Virus record (IMG/VR): IMGVR_UViG_3300044796_000394
Direction: 5' to 3' (one strand)
DNA from: a virus
Taxonomy: Duplodnaviria; Heunggongvirae; Uroviricota; Caudoviricetes
DNA length: 64,000 nucleotides
Shown here: in pieces, positions 38,609-46,608 of the stretch
Layout of the letters: each line of letters opens with the position of its first letter
Position numbering within the stretch: position 1 is the first letter of the stretch
Position numbers and translations under genes: made by a program
The notes under the pieces: model-generated
What the model saw: the letters and a program-made list of their open reading frames with translations, nothing else
Told to the model about the DNA's origin: nothing
The model's database searches: none

Positions 38609-39202
38609 ATGAAAAAGTATCTCGCATTAATTGTTGTATTGTTAACGTTATCGTTTATTCCGGCGGCTGAATCACAAGTCGAAACGGATGTTAAAGTAGC
38701 CCTTGCTATCGCCAAAGCCAAAGCATTAGCCGTAGCCCCTGTTTCCGAGTCCGCTCCGGACTTCAAAGAATATGGTGTCGCACGTGAAAAAGCAATCAAA
38801 GAACATAAAAACCTGATTGTTTGGGTTGGTTATTATTCGCCACTCATGATTGATGATTTATCTGATTTCGTACACGTTGCCGTGTCGCCTGATTTGTTCG
38901 GTCGTGGTAAGGATAAAGAAATTCTTGTTGGTAAGTATTTCAATAACGAACTTTGGATTGTTCCGGGTATTGAAACTACGGATTTACCACCAACCATTAA
39001 ATCTAAAGTAGAAGCCTATAAAATCGCTTTATCTACACAAGGTAAAGTTGAAGTGCAACAACCTGTATTCAGCGGCACAATCATTCAAGGTTGCTCCGGT
39101 GGACAATGCGGTGTTGGACGTATCATTCAACAACCTGTTTTTTCCGGACAAATCAGAGGTAGCAGCAGTGGTTGTGCCAATGGTCAATGTCCCGTTAAGT
39201 AA
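38609..39202 (+). CDS. secreted repeat protein
   Basis: Signal peptide MKKYLALIVVLLTLSFIPAA. Duplicated QQPVFSG.I..C.GGQC units at the C-terminus. Confidence 0.55.
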   Translation: MKKYLALIVVLLTLSFIPAAESQVETDVKVALAIAKAKALAVAPVSESAPDFKEYGVAREKAIKEHKNLIVWVGYYSPLMIDDLSDFVHVAVSPDLFGRGKDKEILVGKYFNNELWIVPGIETTDLPPTIKSKVEAYKIALSTQGKVEVQQPVFSGTIIQGCSGGQCGVGRIIQQPVFSGQIRGSSSGCANGQCPVK

Positions 39203-39271
39203 GTTGATTATCTGTCTTATTATGGTATCTTCATGGTAGTTCCTTTTAGTTGCTAAAACTTGGAGTGTATC

Positions 39272-39640
39272 ATGAAGATCCCGTGTCCTCTTAGCAAGAC
39301 GGCCAAGAAGTTTAAGTTCCAGTACATTGCTGGCCCCTTCCTGCCGTTTACGGATGCTGAACTTGCAAAAAAAATGGCGGTTAACGTCGCCAACAAAGAA
39401 AACGTCGTCATCGCTGACTACCGATCATTCGGCTATCACGAAATGGACGAAACTCTCAAAAAGGCTTGGCTCAATGCTCAAATCGGTTGGGATCACCCAA
39501 TGTTGAAGGGTCAAGGCCCGGATAGTAAGATTGCCGCCCGTAGCTATTTCGTTTGCTCCAAAACGGAAAGTGATAAGCCGTACTCGTTCTTTGAAGATCA
39601 AAACGATGAGTATTGGAAGACGATTGAAAAACGAGGCTAA
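39272..39640 (+). CDS. hypothetical protein
   Basis: GGAG ribosome-binding site, 122 aa. Confidence 0.5.
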   Translation: MKIPCPLSKTAKKFKFQYIAGPFLPFTDAELAKKMAVNVANKENVVIADYRSFGYHEMDETLKKAWLNAQIGWDHPMLKGQGPDSKIAARSYFVCSKTESDKPYSFFEDQNDEYWKTIEKRG

Positions 39641-39646
39641 TTATAA

Positions 39647-39668
39647 CCCGGCTTGGCCGGGTTTTTTA
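39647..39668 (+). terminator. rho-independent terminator
   Basis: cccggc-ttg-gccggg hairpin plus a T6 run. Confidence 0.6.
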
Positions 39669-39688
39669 TTCGATATTCTAAATAAAGA

Positions 39689-39823
39689 ATGATGAACTTC
39701 AAAGAATGGTTAAAAATTAATGAAATGGCTGGAGTTGCCACCATTATAAATCCAAAGAAGGATTGCAAAAATCCCGATTTTCAGGTATGGGGTGCGGTTT
39801 GTAAAAAGTCTAAGAAGAAGTAG
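39689..39823 (+). CDS. small protein (44 aa) with MMNFKEWLKINE N-terminus
   Basis: Below the ORF-track cutoff. Paralogous to the 15327-15497 ORF. Confidence 0.45.
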   Translation: MMNFKEWLKINEMAGVATIINPKKDCKNPDFQVWGAVCKKSKKK

Positions 39824-40184
39824 GTAATCTTTCCATAATCGCATGACCTAACGGATTTCCCCGGCCAATAATGCGGAATCCAAGATTCAGATAAAAGTTT
39901 CCAAGTCGATTAAGGTTTGTTCGTTTGTCGAGTGGCGATGCTAAAAGTTTGATTCTTAATTTTCTTGCATCTGCCTCTGCTACCAATGCTTTCATGGCAG
40001 CAAGAGCTAATCCCTGATTTCTTTTCTTTCCTGAAACACGAAGAGAAGCAAGGTCAATAAGGTCGCCTGACACTTGATAAAGTAACCTTGCACCATTAAT
40101 GTTTTTCTGATGATGCTTTTCAGCGAAATCTTCATCAGAAAATGGCAGGTTCTCGGACTCTAAATAGTATTGCTTGAAGTTCAT
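39810..40184 (-). CDS. GNAT N-acetyltransferase
   Basis: RNQGLALAAMKALV (motif A). Confidence 0.55.
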   Translation of the reverse strand: MNFKQYYLESENLPFSDEDFAEKHHQKNINGARLLYQVSGDLIDLASLRVSGKKRNQGLALAAMKALVAEADARKLRIKLLASPLDKRTNLNRLGNFYLNLGFRIIGRGNPLGHAIMERLPTSS

Positions 40185-40843
40185 TGGTCTGAAATTTGAA
40201 ACTCCTTCTTTTTAGCGGCAATCCAAACCTCCGTAATAATGATAAATTTTATACCCCGCTTCTTACAGTACTCGTTGCAATAACTCCATTTAGATTCATT
40301 TATCGCCAAGTTTGTTTGATTGACCGGCTTGATTTCCCACACTTCTTTTCTTCCATCGGTAAAGTGAACACGCAAGTCAGGAAGATAAGTATGTCTCTCA
40401 CCATCAAAGAAATACTCAATTTCCAGCGGCTCTACTTCGTAACCAATTACATCATCCATCTTATCCAGAATGCGATAAACATCTAATTCCCATCCCGAAT
40501 TGTAATGGAGCTTTCTGCGATTTTTTGGCGAAACGTGCCACCCTTCCTTGAATGATATTTTCTTTTTCTTACGATTAGGATCTTTGGGATCACGCCAGAT
40601 CAATGATTTCATTTGACAAGTTTTAGGCAACACTTCTTGTGGATGTATTGATTTGAAATGTGCTCTGACATCTCTAACGGGAGCACAGCAACGAGCCAAG
40701 GGGCATACGACGTATTCTCGCCCCTCTTCGTGGTTATTGCGTATATGTTCTTTGAAACTGGCCCAATCGGGCTGCAGGACGCCACAGACGAAGCATTGAA
40801 ATTGTCTCTTGCCGCCGTGGTTATTGTTAAATGGTAATGGCAT
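40181..40843 (-). CDS. C2H2-type zinc-finger protein fused to a PD-(D/E)xK nuclease-like domain
   Basis: FQCFVCG...H..H zinc finger at the N-terminus. LPDLRVHF...EVWEIKP matches PD...E-x-K. Confidence 0.45.
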   Translation of the reverse strand: MPLPFNNNHGGKRQFQCFVCGVLQPDWASFKEHIRNNHEEGREYVVCPLARCCAPVRDVRAHFKSIHPQEVLPKTCQMKSLIWRDPKDPNRKKKKISFKEGWHVSPKNRRKLHYNSGWELDVYRILDKMDDVIGYEVEPLEIEYFFDGERHTYLPDLRVHFTDGRKEVWEIKPVNQTNLAINESKWSYCNEYCKKRGIKFIIITEVWIAAKKKEFQISDQ

Positions 40844-40951
40844 ATAAAAATCTTTTTTAATTTGACTATAATTGGCATTCCTTATTATGCCAATTGTTTA
40901 ATCACCTGTGTCAGAAATCCCATCCCATTAAGACAAAGCAATCTTCGAGCA

Positions 40952-41458
40952 TTATGAACACGTATCGCCAAAAAGTTCATGCGTTTCTTTAACGAAATCT
41001 GAGAACATTTTGACTAAGTGAATATTAACAGCTTCTAGCAATTTCAATGAACTATCAAGAGTGCCTAAAAATACATAAGATCCTCTTTCACATTGAGTAC
41101 AAGAAATTTCACTCATATAATGGTTAATGTCTTTAACTGCTTTCAAGAAATCGTCGTTATAAAACATTAACTCTTTTTCAACTTGTAAAATGGCATTTTT
41201 TGTACTTACCCATTTAGCATGACAAGGGGCCGTTGAGTAAAAGGTTGCCTTGGTGTCACACTTAGTTTTCCAATCCGCTATTTGTTCTGATAATTCATGA
41301 AATTCTTTTGATATAACATCATTCAATCTATTTAGCTGATCTTTTTTGAATTGATGACAAGATGGTGCGAATGTCAAATCATCACAAGGCGTGTGATCTT
41401 TCACCAAGGGTGTAATAGCTTCGATTTTGGCTGGTGCTATATTGGATATATTGCTCAT
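40952..41458 (-). CDS. hypothetical protein
   Basis: 168-aa ORF. Confidence 0.45.
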   Translation of the reverse strand: MSNISNIAPAKIEAITPLVKDHTPCDDLTFAPSCHQFKKDQLNRLNDVISKEFHELSEQIADWKTKCDTKATFYSTAPCHAKWVSTKNAILQVEKELMFYNDDFLKAVKDINHYMSEISCTQCERGSYVFLGTLDSSLKLLEAVNIHLVKMFSDFVKETHELFGDTCS

Positions 41459-41500
41459 GTAATCCTTTTTGTAACAATGACTTAAATATTATATATTCCA

Positions 41501-42262
41501 TTAATCGTATTTTATAGACTTGACCTCTAACATGAGGTTTTGATTGAAAACCCCTATTACAATTTTGTCGGCAATAAACTTGTAATGGTTGCCGGTTTCA
41601 ACCAATGTGGTAAAATTAACACCATCTGGTGAAATGGAAATTTTGCGATAATTATCATCATCTTCCAATTGAACAAACTTGGCAGCAGACATGGACATTT
41701 GTTTTGTTTTCATTTCAAATCCTTTGAAATGAACTTGATCTTGCCAACGTGCGACAAAGGCATTGGGTTTTATACCGAAATCCCGTAATCCAAGAGTCAT
41801 TGCTTTGCCGCAATTTGATCCAAATCCAAAGTAAATGGCCCCGGTACGATTTTCAGGAGCAAATTCATCAGCTATCAAACTTGATTCCCATTGAAACGTC
41901 ACCTTGTATGGTGTTATTGGTATTTCACGATAGAGAAACACTGGATGTGGCGTATAAGATGACCGACAAACGACATTTAACGATCCTTCATTTTCGCTAC
42001 AAACGGAATCTTCTTTGTTGTACGACCATTCCCATCCTTGTGCTGGTACATCAAACATCTTGCCATATTCGTTGTATCTTGTCCAAGATGTGCCATCGTC
42101 ATAGAGTTTGAAGGGTCTATCCTCACAGATAAACAATCTCCCGGCATTTCCTGCTTCTGGACAATCTTCATATTTACCTGCGATGATTGGTGAAGGGACG
42201 CATTCTTTGACTAATCCATAGACCATATCTTTGACGGCACATTTTGAACACTTGCATTTCAT
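41501..42262 (-). CDS. hypothetical Cys-containing protein
   Basis: 253-aa ORF with an MKCKCSKCAVK N-terminus. Confidence 0.5.
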   Translation of the reverse strand: MKCKCSKCAVKDMVYGLVKECVPSPIIAGKYEDCPEAGNAGRLFICEDRPFKLYDDGTSWTRYNEYGKMFDVPAQGWEWSYNKEDSVCSENEGSLNVVCRSSYTPHPVFLYREIPITPYKVTFQWESSLIADEFAPENRTGAIYFGFGSNCGKAMTLGLRDFGIKPNAFVARWQDQVHFKGFEMKTKQMSMSAAKFVQLEDDDNYRKISISPDGVNFTTLVETGNHYKFIADKIVIGVFNQNLMLEVKSIKYD

Positions 42263-42297
42263 GTTAATTTCCTTTTGTAATATTATGTATTTTTATC

Positions 42298-42326
42298 TTG
42301 CAAATGATTTTCAATTATGGTAGACT
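42298..42326 (+). promoter_or_regulatory. sigma-70-like promoter with extended -10
   Basis: TTGCAA, 17-nt spacer, TGgTAGACT. Shares the 12-mer ttatggtagact with the PncA promoter. Confidence 0.5.
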
Positions 42327-42350
42327 ATTTCCATCCTTCCGGAGTAGATC

Positions 42351-43547
42351 ATGGCCATTAAAAGCTTGCTGGACAACGACATCTATAAAATTTTCATGCA
42401 ATATGCCGTACTCAAAGAGTTTCCGGGTACGCATGTCCGTATGGCTTTCATGAACCGTCGTAAAACCGATGTTCTCTCAAAATCGCTTTTGAAATCTTTA
42501 AGGGAAGTCGTAAATTCCGTGAAAGGCATGAAAGCCGATTCATGGGAATTGTCACACATCCATAAACACTACCCATTCCTGCCAAATTGGTATATGGATT
42601 GGCTTAGTGAGTTTGCCCCAAATCCCGCCCACGTTAATATAACGGAAAACGGTGAAATTACCGTTGAAGGCCCGTGGGAACAAGCCATGTGGTGGGAAAT
42701 TCCCATCCTCTACACAATCAGCGAATTGTTCTGCGGGGAAATCGATGCTGAAATAGGACACATTCCTCGTAGCGAAATAGTCAAATCCACATTGACCAAA
42801 ATGGAAATTCTGAAAGGTCACTACAGTCGCTATGGCGAGGCAATCGAACACGATCCTTGTCAATACGTTCAATTCGGCTGTCGTCGTCGTCGCTCATACG
42901 ATATTGAGGATGAAGTTGTTCGTACAATGAAAAAGGCCGATCATCCGAATATGCTCGGTATTAGCAACATCCACTTGGCAGCGAAATACGATATTAGGCC
43001 GGTGGGCACAATGGCTCATGAGTTCGTTATGGGTGTCAGTGCATTGAAAAGCCTGCGATATGCCAACCGTGAGGCAATGGAGACATGGCTTCGTGTTTTC
43101 AAGGGCGAATTGGATATTTTCCTGCCCGATACTTTTGGAACGAATGTGTTCCTGAAAGACTACACTCGCCAATTTGCTCAAGCATTCAATGCGACTCGAC
43201 AAGATAGCGGGTCAGCGTATGAATACGGCGAAAAACTCATTAACCATTACAAAACAGTAAAACTTGATCCAAAAACCAAATCGATCACATTCAGTGATGG
43301 GTTAACTGCTACAGAATCAACGAACATCCAGCAACACTTCTACAATCGAATTAAAAGAGCTTACGGCATCGGCACACACTTCACTAACGATTTCATGAAC
43401 AGACCTGCCATGAATATCGTGATGAAGTTAACACATGTCAACGGAATTCCGGTCGTCAAGCTCAGCGACGTTCCCGGCAAAGCCTGTGGCGATCCCAATG
43501 CTCTCAAAGCAGCAAAGTGGGTGTTTCTCGGCGAACCTTTAGTATAA
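42351..43547 (+). CDS. pncB: nicotinate phosphoribosyltransferase
   Basis: LLDNDIYKIFMQYAV and GPWEQAMWWEIPILYTISE align block by block with E. coli PncB, with similar length (398 aa). Confidence 0.85.
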   Translation: MAIKSLLDNDIYKIFMQYAVLKEFPGTHVRMAFMNRRKTDVLSKSLLKSLREVVNSVKGMKADSWELSHIHKHYPFLPNWYMDWLSEFAPNPAHVNITENGEITVEGPWEQAMWWEIPILYTISELFCGEIDAEIGHIPRSEIVKSTLTKMEILKGHYSRYGEAIEHDPCQYVQFGCRRRRSYDIEDEVVRTMKKADHPNMLGISNIHLAAKYDIRPVGTMAHEFVMGVSALKSLRYANREAMETWLRVFKGELDIFLPDTFGTNVFLKDYTRQFAQAFNATRQDSGSAYEYGEKLINHYKTVKLDPKTKSITFSDGLTATESTNIQQHFYNRIKRAYGIGTHFTNDFMNRPAMNIVMKLTHVNGIPVVKLSDVPGKACGDPNALKAAKWVFLGEPLV

Positions 43548-43556
43548 GGATTTACG

Positions 43557-44045
43557 ATGAAGTACGTTGAATGTCCCGACTTGTTCATTCCTGAATCCAT
43601 CGATGATTACAAGAAAACCTTGTTTCTCGGTGGGGGAATTTCAGGTGTGGGCAATTGGCAAGCGGAGATGGTGAGATTGTTGCAGGATACGGAGTTAATC
43701 CTCATCAATCCCCGGCGAACCAACTTCGACGTTAATAATACAAAAATGACTGTGGAACAAATCCAGTGGGAATATCACCACTTGAATTTGTCTCATGCTC
43801 GTATGTTCTGGTTCCCACCGGAAACTCTGTGTCCGATCACCTTATTTGAATTAGGGAGATTCTCCGTACAGAGCAATCCCCTATTCGTAGGGTGTGATCC
43901 CAAATACGCACGGTCGCTTGATCTCGAAGAGCAAATGAAGCATGTCCGAAGATCGGAAGTCATGTTTGATTTGGAGATTCTCGCACGACAGATTATTTTG
44001 TATGCGAAACATATGTCAAGCAACGGGCGATACTACGCCACTTAA
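43557..44045 (+). CDS. nucleoside 2-deoxyribosyltransferase-like (Nuc_deoxyri_tr2 fold) protein
   Basis: TLFLGGGISG N-terminal glycine loop and a later FELG block. Typical phage NDT-like size (162 aa). Confidence 0.45.
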   Translation: MKYVECPDLFIPESIDDYKKTLFLGGGISGVGNWQAEMVRLLQDTELILINPRRTNFDVNNTKMTVEQIQWEYHHLNLSHARMFWFPPETLCPITLFELGRFSVQSNPLFVGCDPKYARSLDLEEQMKHVRRSEVMFDLEILARQIILYAKHMSSNGRYYAT

Positions 44046-44332
44046 CCACTACTACTAGAAGAAGACGAACTTGATGAATGAATAACTTTGTGTGTTGGAA
44101 AATTGCTCACTCTTAACGGTACGCCCGGCAGCAATCCAATTGGTGGAGGCACGAAGTCATCAAAATCAGGATGCCGCAAATTCGGTAAAGGAATTGGAAT
44201 TCGTCTCGTTCCCCACGGCCAAAGTAATGGTAAAAAATACCTCATTCCCGGTGGTGGCACCATTGGCGGTGGTGCTTGCGGTTGTGGTTGTGGTTGCGGT
44301 TGTTCGATTGGTGGCGGTGGTGGTAATTGCAT
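44042..44332 (-). CDS. proline-rich protein with C-terminal poly-serine tail
   Basis: PPPPPIEQPQPQPQPQAPPP, ending THKVIHSSSSSSSSSSSG. AAGGA ribosome-binding site. Start chosen at MQLPPP. Confidence 0.5.
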   Translation of the reverse strand: MQLPPPPPIEQPQPQPQPQAPPPMVPPPGMRYFLPLLWPWGTRRIPIPLPNLRHPDFDDFVPPPIGLLPGVPLRVSNFPTHKVIHSSSSSSSSSSG

Positions 44333-44354
44333 ATTATTCCTTTTCTTGTGGTGT

Positions 44355-44732
44355 TTAACTACTACTGCTGCTACTACTATCACTTGACGAAGATGATGAG
44401 TGGCTAACTACGTGAGTGGGTCTTATGGGTTCAGGTCGTAATACCATGCCGGGTGGTGTATCAAAAAATGGGAAATCTGGTAACTTAAATTTAGGCCACC
44501 ACTTTGGCGGAGTTGGAATTGGCGGAATCGGTATCGGCGGTATTGGTGGGAGTGGGAACGGCCAAGATCGCCGTGGTGTCCCCGGAGGTGTCGGGGGCGT
44601 CGGCGGTGAAGGTATTCCTCTCGGTGGTTCAGGCGGCATAGTCGGCGGCAATAGCGGCATCATTGGAGGCCCATAAGGCCCAATTGGTCCAAAAGGCGGT
44701 GGTGGTGGAAGCGGGGGTAAAGGTGGATTCAT
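44355..44732 (-). CDS. proline-rich protein with C-terminal poly-serine tail (paralog)
   Basis: PPLPPLPPPPP...PIPPIPIPPIPTPP, ending THVVSHSSSSSSDSSSSSSS. AAGGA ribosome-binding site. Confidence 0.5.
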   Translation of the reverse strand: MNPPLPPLPPPPPFGPIGPYGPPMMPLLPPTMPPEPPRGIPSPPTPPTPPGTPRRSWPFPLPPIPPIPIPPIPTPPKWWPKFKLPDFPFFDTPPGMVLRPEPIRPTHVVSHSSSSSSDSSSSSSS

Positions 44733-45136
44733 TATTTTCCTTGTGGGGTTGTTTGATCTTTTTCACGTTCAAAAAATGCTGAAAGTTGAGCCAATACTTC
44801 ATCTCTAGAGATGATATGAACTTTCGGCAAATCTGTTTCTCCAAAAATCATTTGAAGTTGAACGCCTTGTCCCATTTTGTTCAGGTTAATAGCAGTAAAG
44901 TGGGCTTCTTTAAGCCATCCCGGTGAATTGTCTTCATCATCCAAGTCTTTCATCTTAGCAAACATTACACGACTGCCTTCATCACCACCGAAAACCGAGT
45001 CTTCGAAAGTAAAGAAAAATGAAAAGTTTCCACCATCCAACATTAACTTCAATTTATTTTTTTGAATAGAATCCAATGCCGCTTCTAGCAAAACGGAAAG
45101 ATTCTTTCGGCCAAAAATTTCATCCATGTTGATCAT
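44732..45136 (-). CDS. hypothetical protein
   Basis: 134-aa ORF. Confidence 0.45.
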   Translation of the reverse strand: MINMDEIFGRKNLSVLLEAALDSIQKNKLKLMLDGGNFSFFFTFEDSVFGGDEGSRVMFAKMKDLDDEDNSPGWLKEAHFTAINLNKMGQGVQLQMIFGETDLPKVHIISRDEVLAQLSAFFEREKDQTTPQGK

Positions 45137-45172
45137 GCTCTATTTAGCCCCTCATGTCACAATCATTTCAGA

Positions 45173-45200
45173 TTGATTGTCATTCTTGTTTCGTTATAAT
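45173..45200 (+). promoter_or_regulatory. sigma-70-type promoter
   Basis: TTGATT, 16-nt spacer, TATAAT. A second TTGACT-N18-TTTTAA sits at 45222-45251 ahead of the dNMP-kinase operon. Confidence 0.5.
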
Positions 45201-45265
45201 AACACCCAGAATAATAGAATTTTGACTATCTGAAATAGGCGAAGCTTTTAATTTACGGAGTATTG

Positions 45266-45862
45266 ATGTTAAAATATATTGGTTTTGGTGGACAATATCG
45301 TTCGGGAAAAGACGCTGCTTCTGATCATTTATATGCTCGTTTGAGTGGAAAATGGAAACGTGCCTCGTTGGGTCATGCCGTCAAAAAGATTTTCGCTGAA
45401 CACTTTAACGTAAGTATGGAATTTATTGAGGAATGGAAAGTCAAAGAAGAAGTGCCGCCCGGATTCAATTGCCCTTTGCGAGATGGGTTAATTAAAATTG
45501 GGGATGGCTGGCGGGACACCAAGGCTGATATTTGGATTAGAAAATTATTCGATAACAATAAAGATAATTTGATTATCTCAGATGTTCGTTATATTAATGA
45601 AGCTGAGCATGTTCGTAATAACAATGGTATTATGAATTTGGTTTGGCGACCGGGATATGAAAACAAAAAACCATCACGATCAGAACAAGAATTGATGCAA
45701 TTTGTCAAAAGGCTTCAAAAAGAGCCAAGCGGTCGTATTGATCATGAAAAATATCCTGACGTTCCTTTTGACTTCTGGTTAGTTAATGATGGAAATTATA
45801 GGGATTGGCTGGAAAAGGTTGATAACATCGTATTGCCATATGCTCTTAAAAGGTTAAGTTAA
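45266..45862 (+). CDS. deoxynucleoside monophosphate kinase (T4 gp1-like)
   Basis: GFGGQYRSGKDAAS P-loop resembling T4 dNMP kinase GVKRSGKDT. About 200 aa. Confidence 0.6.
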   Translation: MLKYIGFGGQYRSGKDAASDHLYARLSGKWKRASLGHAVKKIFAEHFNVSMEFIEEWKVKEEVPPGFNCPLRDGLIKIGDGWRDTKADIWIRKLFDNNKDNLIISDVRYINEAEHVRNNNGIMNLVWRPGYENKKPSRSEQELMQFVKRLQKEPSGRIDHEKYPDVPFDFWLVNDGNYRDWLEKVDNIVLPYALKRLS

Positions 45863-46608
45863 TGCATTTCGTTATAAGAAACAAAGATTTTATTTTCACA
45901 GAAACCGTATTGCCGGGCGATGATGTTCTTACATCCAATGGCGGTAAGGTATTTCAAGATTACATCCAAGAAACTAAAGTTTTATGTGGGCCTTACTCTG
46001 AATGTAAATTTCCACAAAGTTACTTCGGCAACATCCGACCTTGGGATTACGAGCGGATTTTAGAATACGGGGACTTCGCTGCCAATCAAAAGGTTTTAGA
46101 ATGCGGTGGGCTTCATAGCTATTTCGCTATTGCCACTTCCCAAAAAGTTAATCATTACACTTGTACTGATAGTTTTTATTGGGCGACTCGTGACTATGCT
46201 CAAAATCCACAATTACAAAGTCCTCAAGAGTGGTGTAAGTATTTGATTGGTAAAGGTCGTGGCAAACTTCACGCCGAAGAAGCCGACTTGCAATCCATGA
46301 AGTATGCCAACGAACAATTTGATAGAGTTGTCTGTATCAGTGTGATTGAGCATGTACACGAAGATCGCAAGGGTATTCTGGAAATGATGAGGGTTCTTAA
46401 GCCGGGCGGTTTATTGCTTTTGACAACTGAATACAATCCCACTTGGTCTAAGCCTTACGCTGAAACAGACGGCAGTTATTATCGTGTATATGATCAAAGT
46501 GACTTGAGTAATCTTTTGGCTGGTCTTGATGTTGAAGTAATGCAAGCCCAAGGTGGGGATGTTCGTGACGGGCAATTTACTACTACGTTCATACGGATCA
46601 GAAAATGA
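45862..46608 (+). CDS. class-I SAM-dependent methyltransferase
   Basis: VLECGGLHSY (motif I), DRVVCISVIEHV, LKPGGLLLLT (Methyltransf_11 pattern). Confidence 0.65.
   Translation: MHFVIRNKDFIFTETVLPGDDVLTSNGGKVFQDYIQETKVLCGPYSECKFPQSYFGNIRPWDYERILEYGDFAANQKVLECGGLHSYFAIATSQKVNHYTCTDSFYWATRDYAQNPQLQSPQEWCKYLIGKGRGKLHAEEADLQSMKYANEQFDRVVCISVIEHVHEDRKGILEMMRVLKPGGLLLLTTEYNPTWSKPYAETDGSYYRVYDQSDLSNLLAGLDVEVMQAQGGDVRDGQFTTTFIRIRK

Noticed and set aside
44088-44676. Gly-rich plus-strand ORFs complementary to the Pro-rich genes
   Set aside because: Both minus-strand frames have AAGGA ribosome-binding sites and a conserved paralogous C-terminus. The Gly-rich frames are mirror images without start signals.
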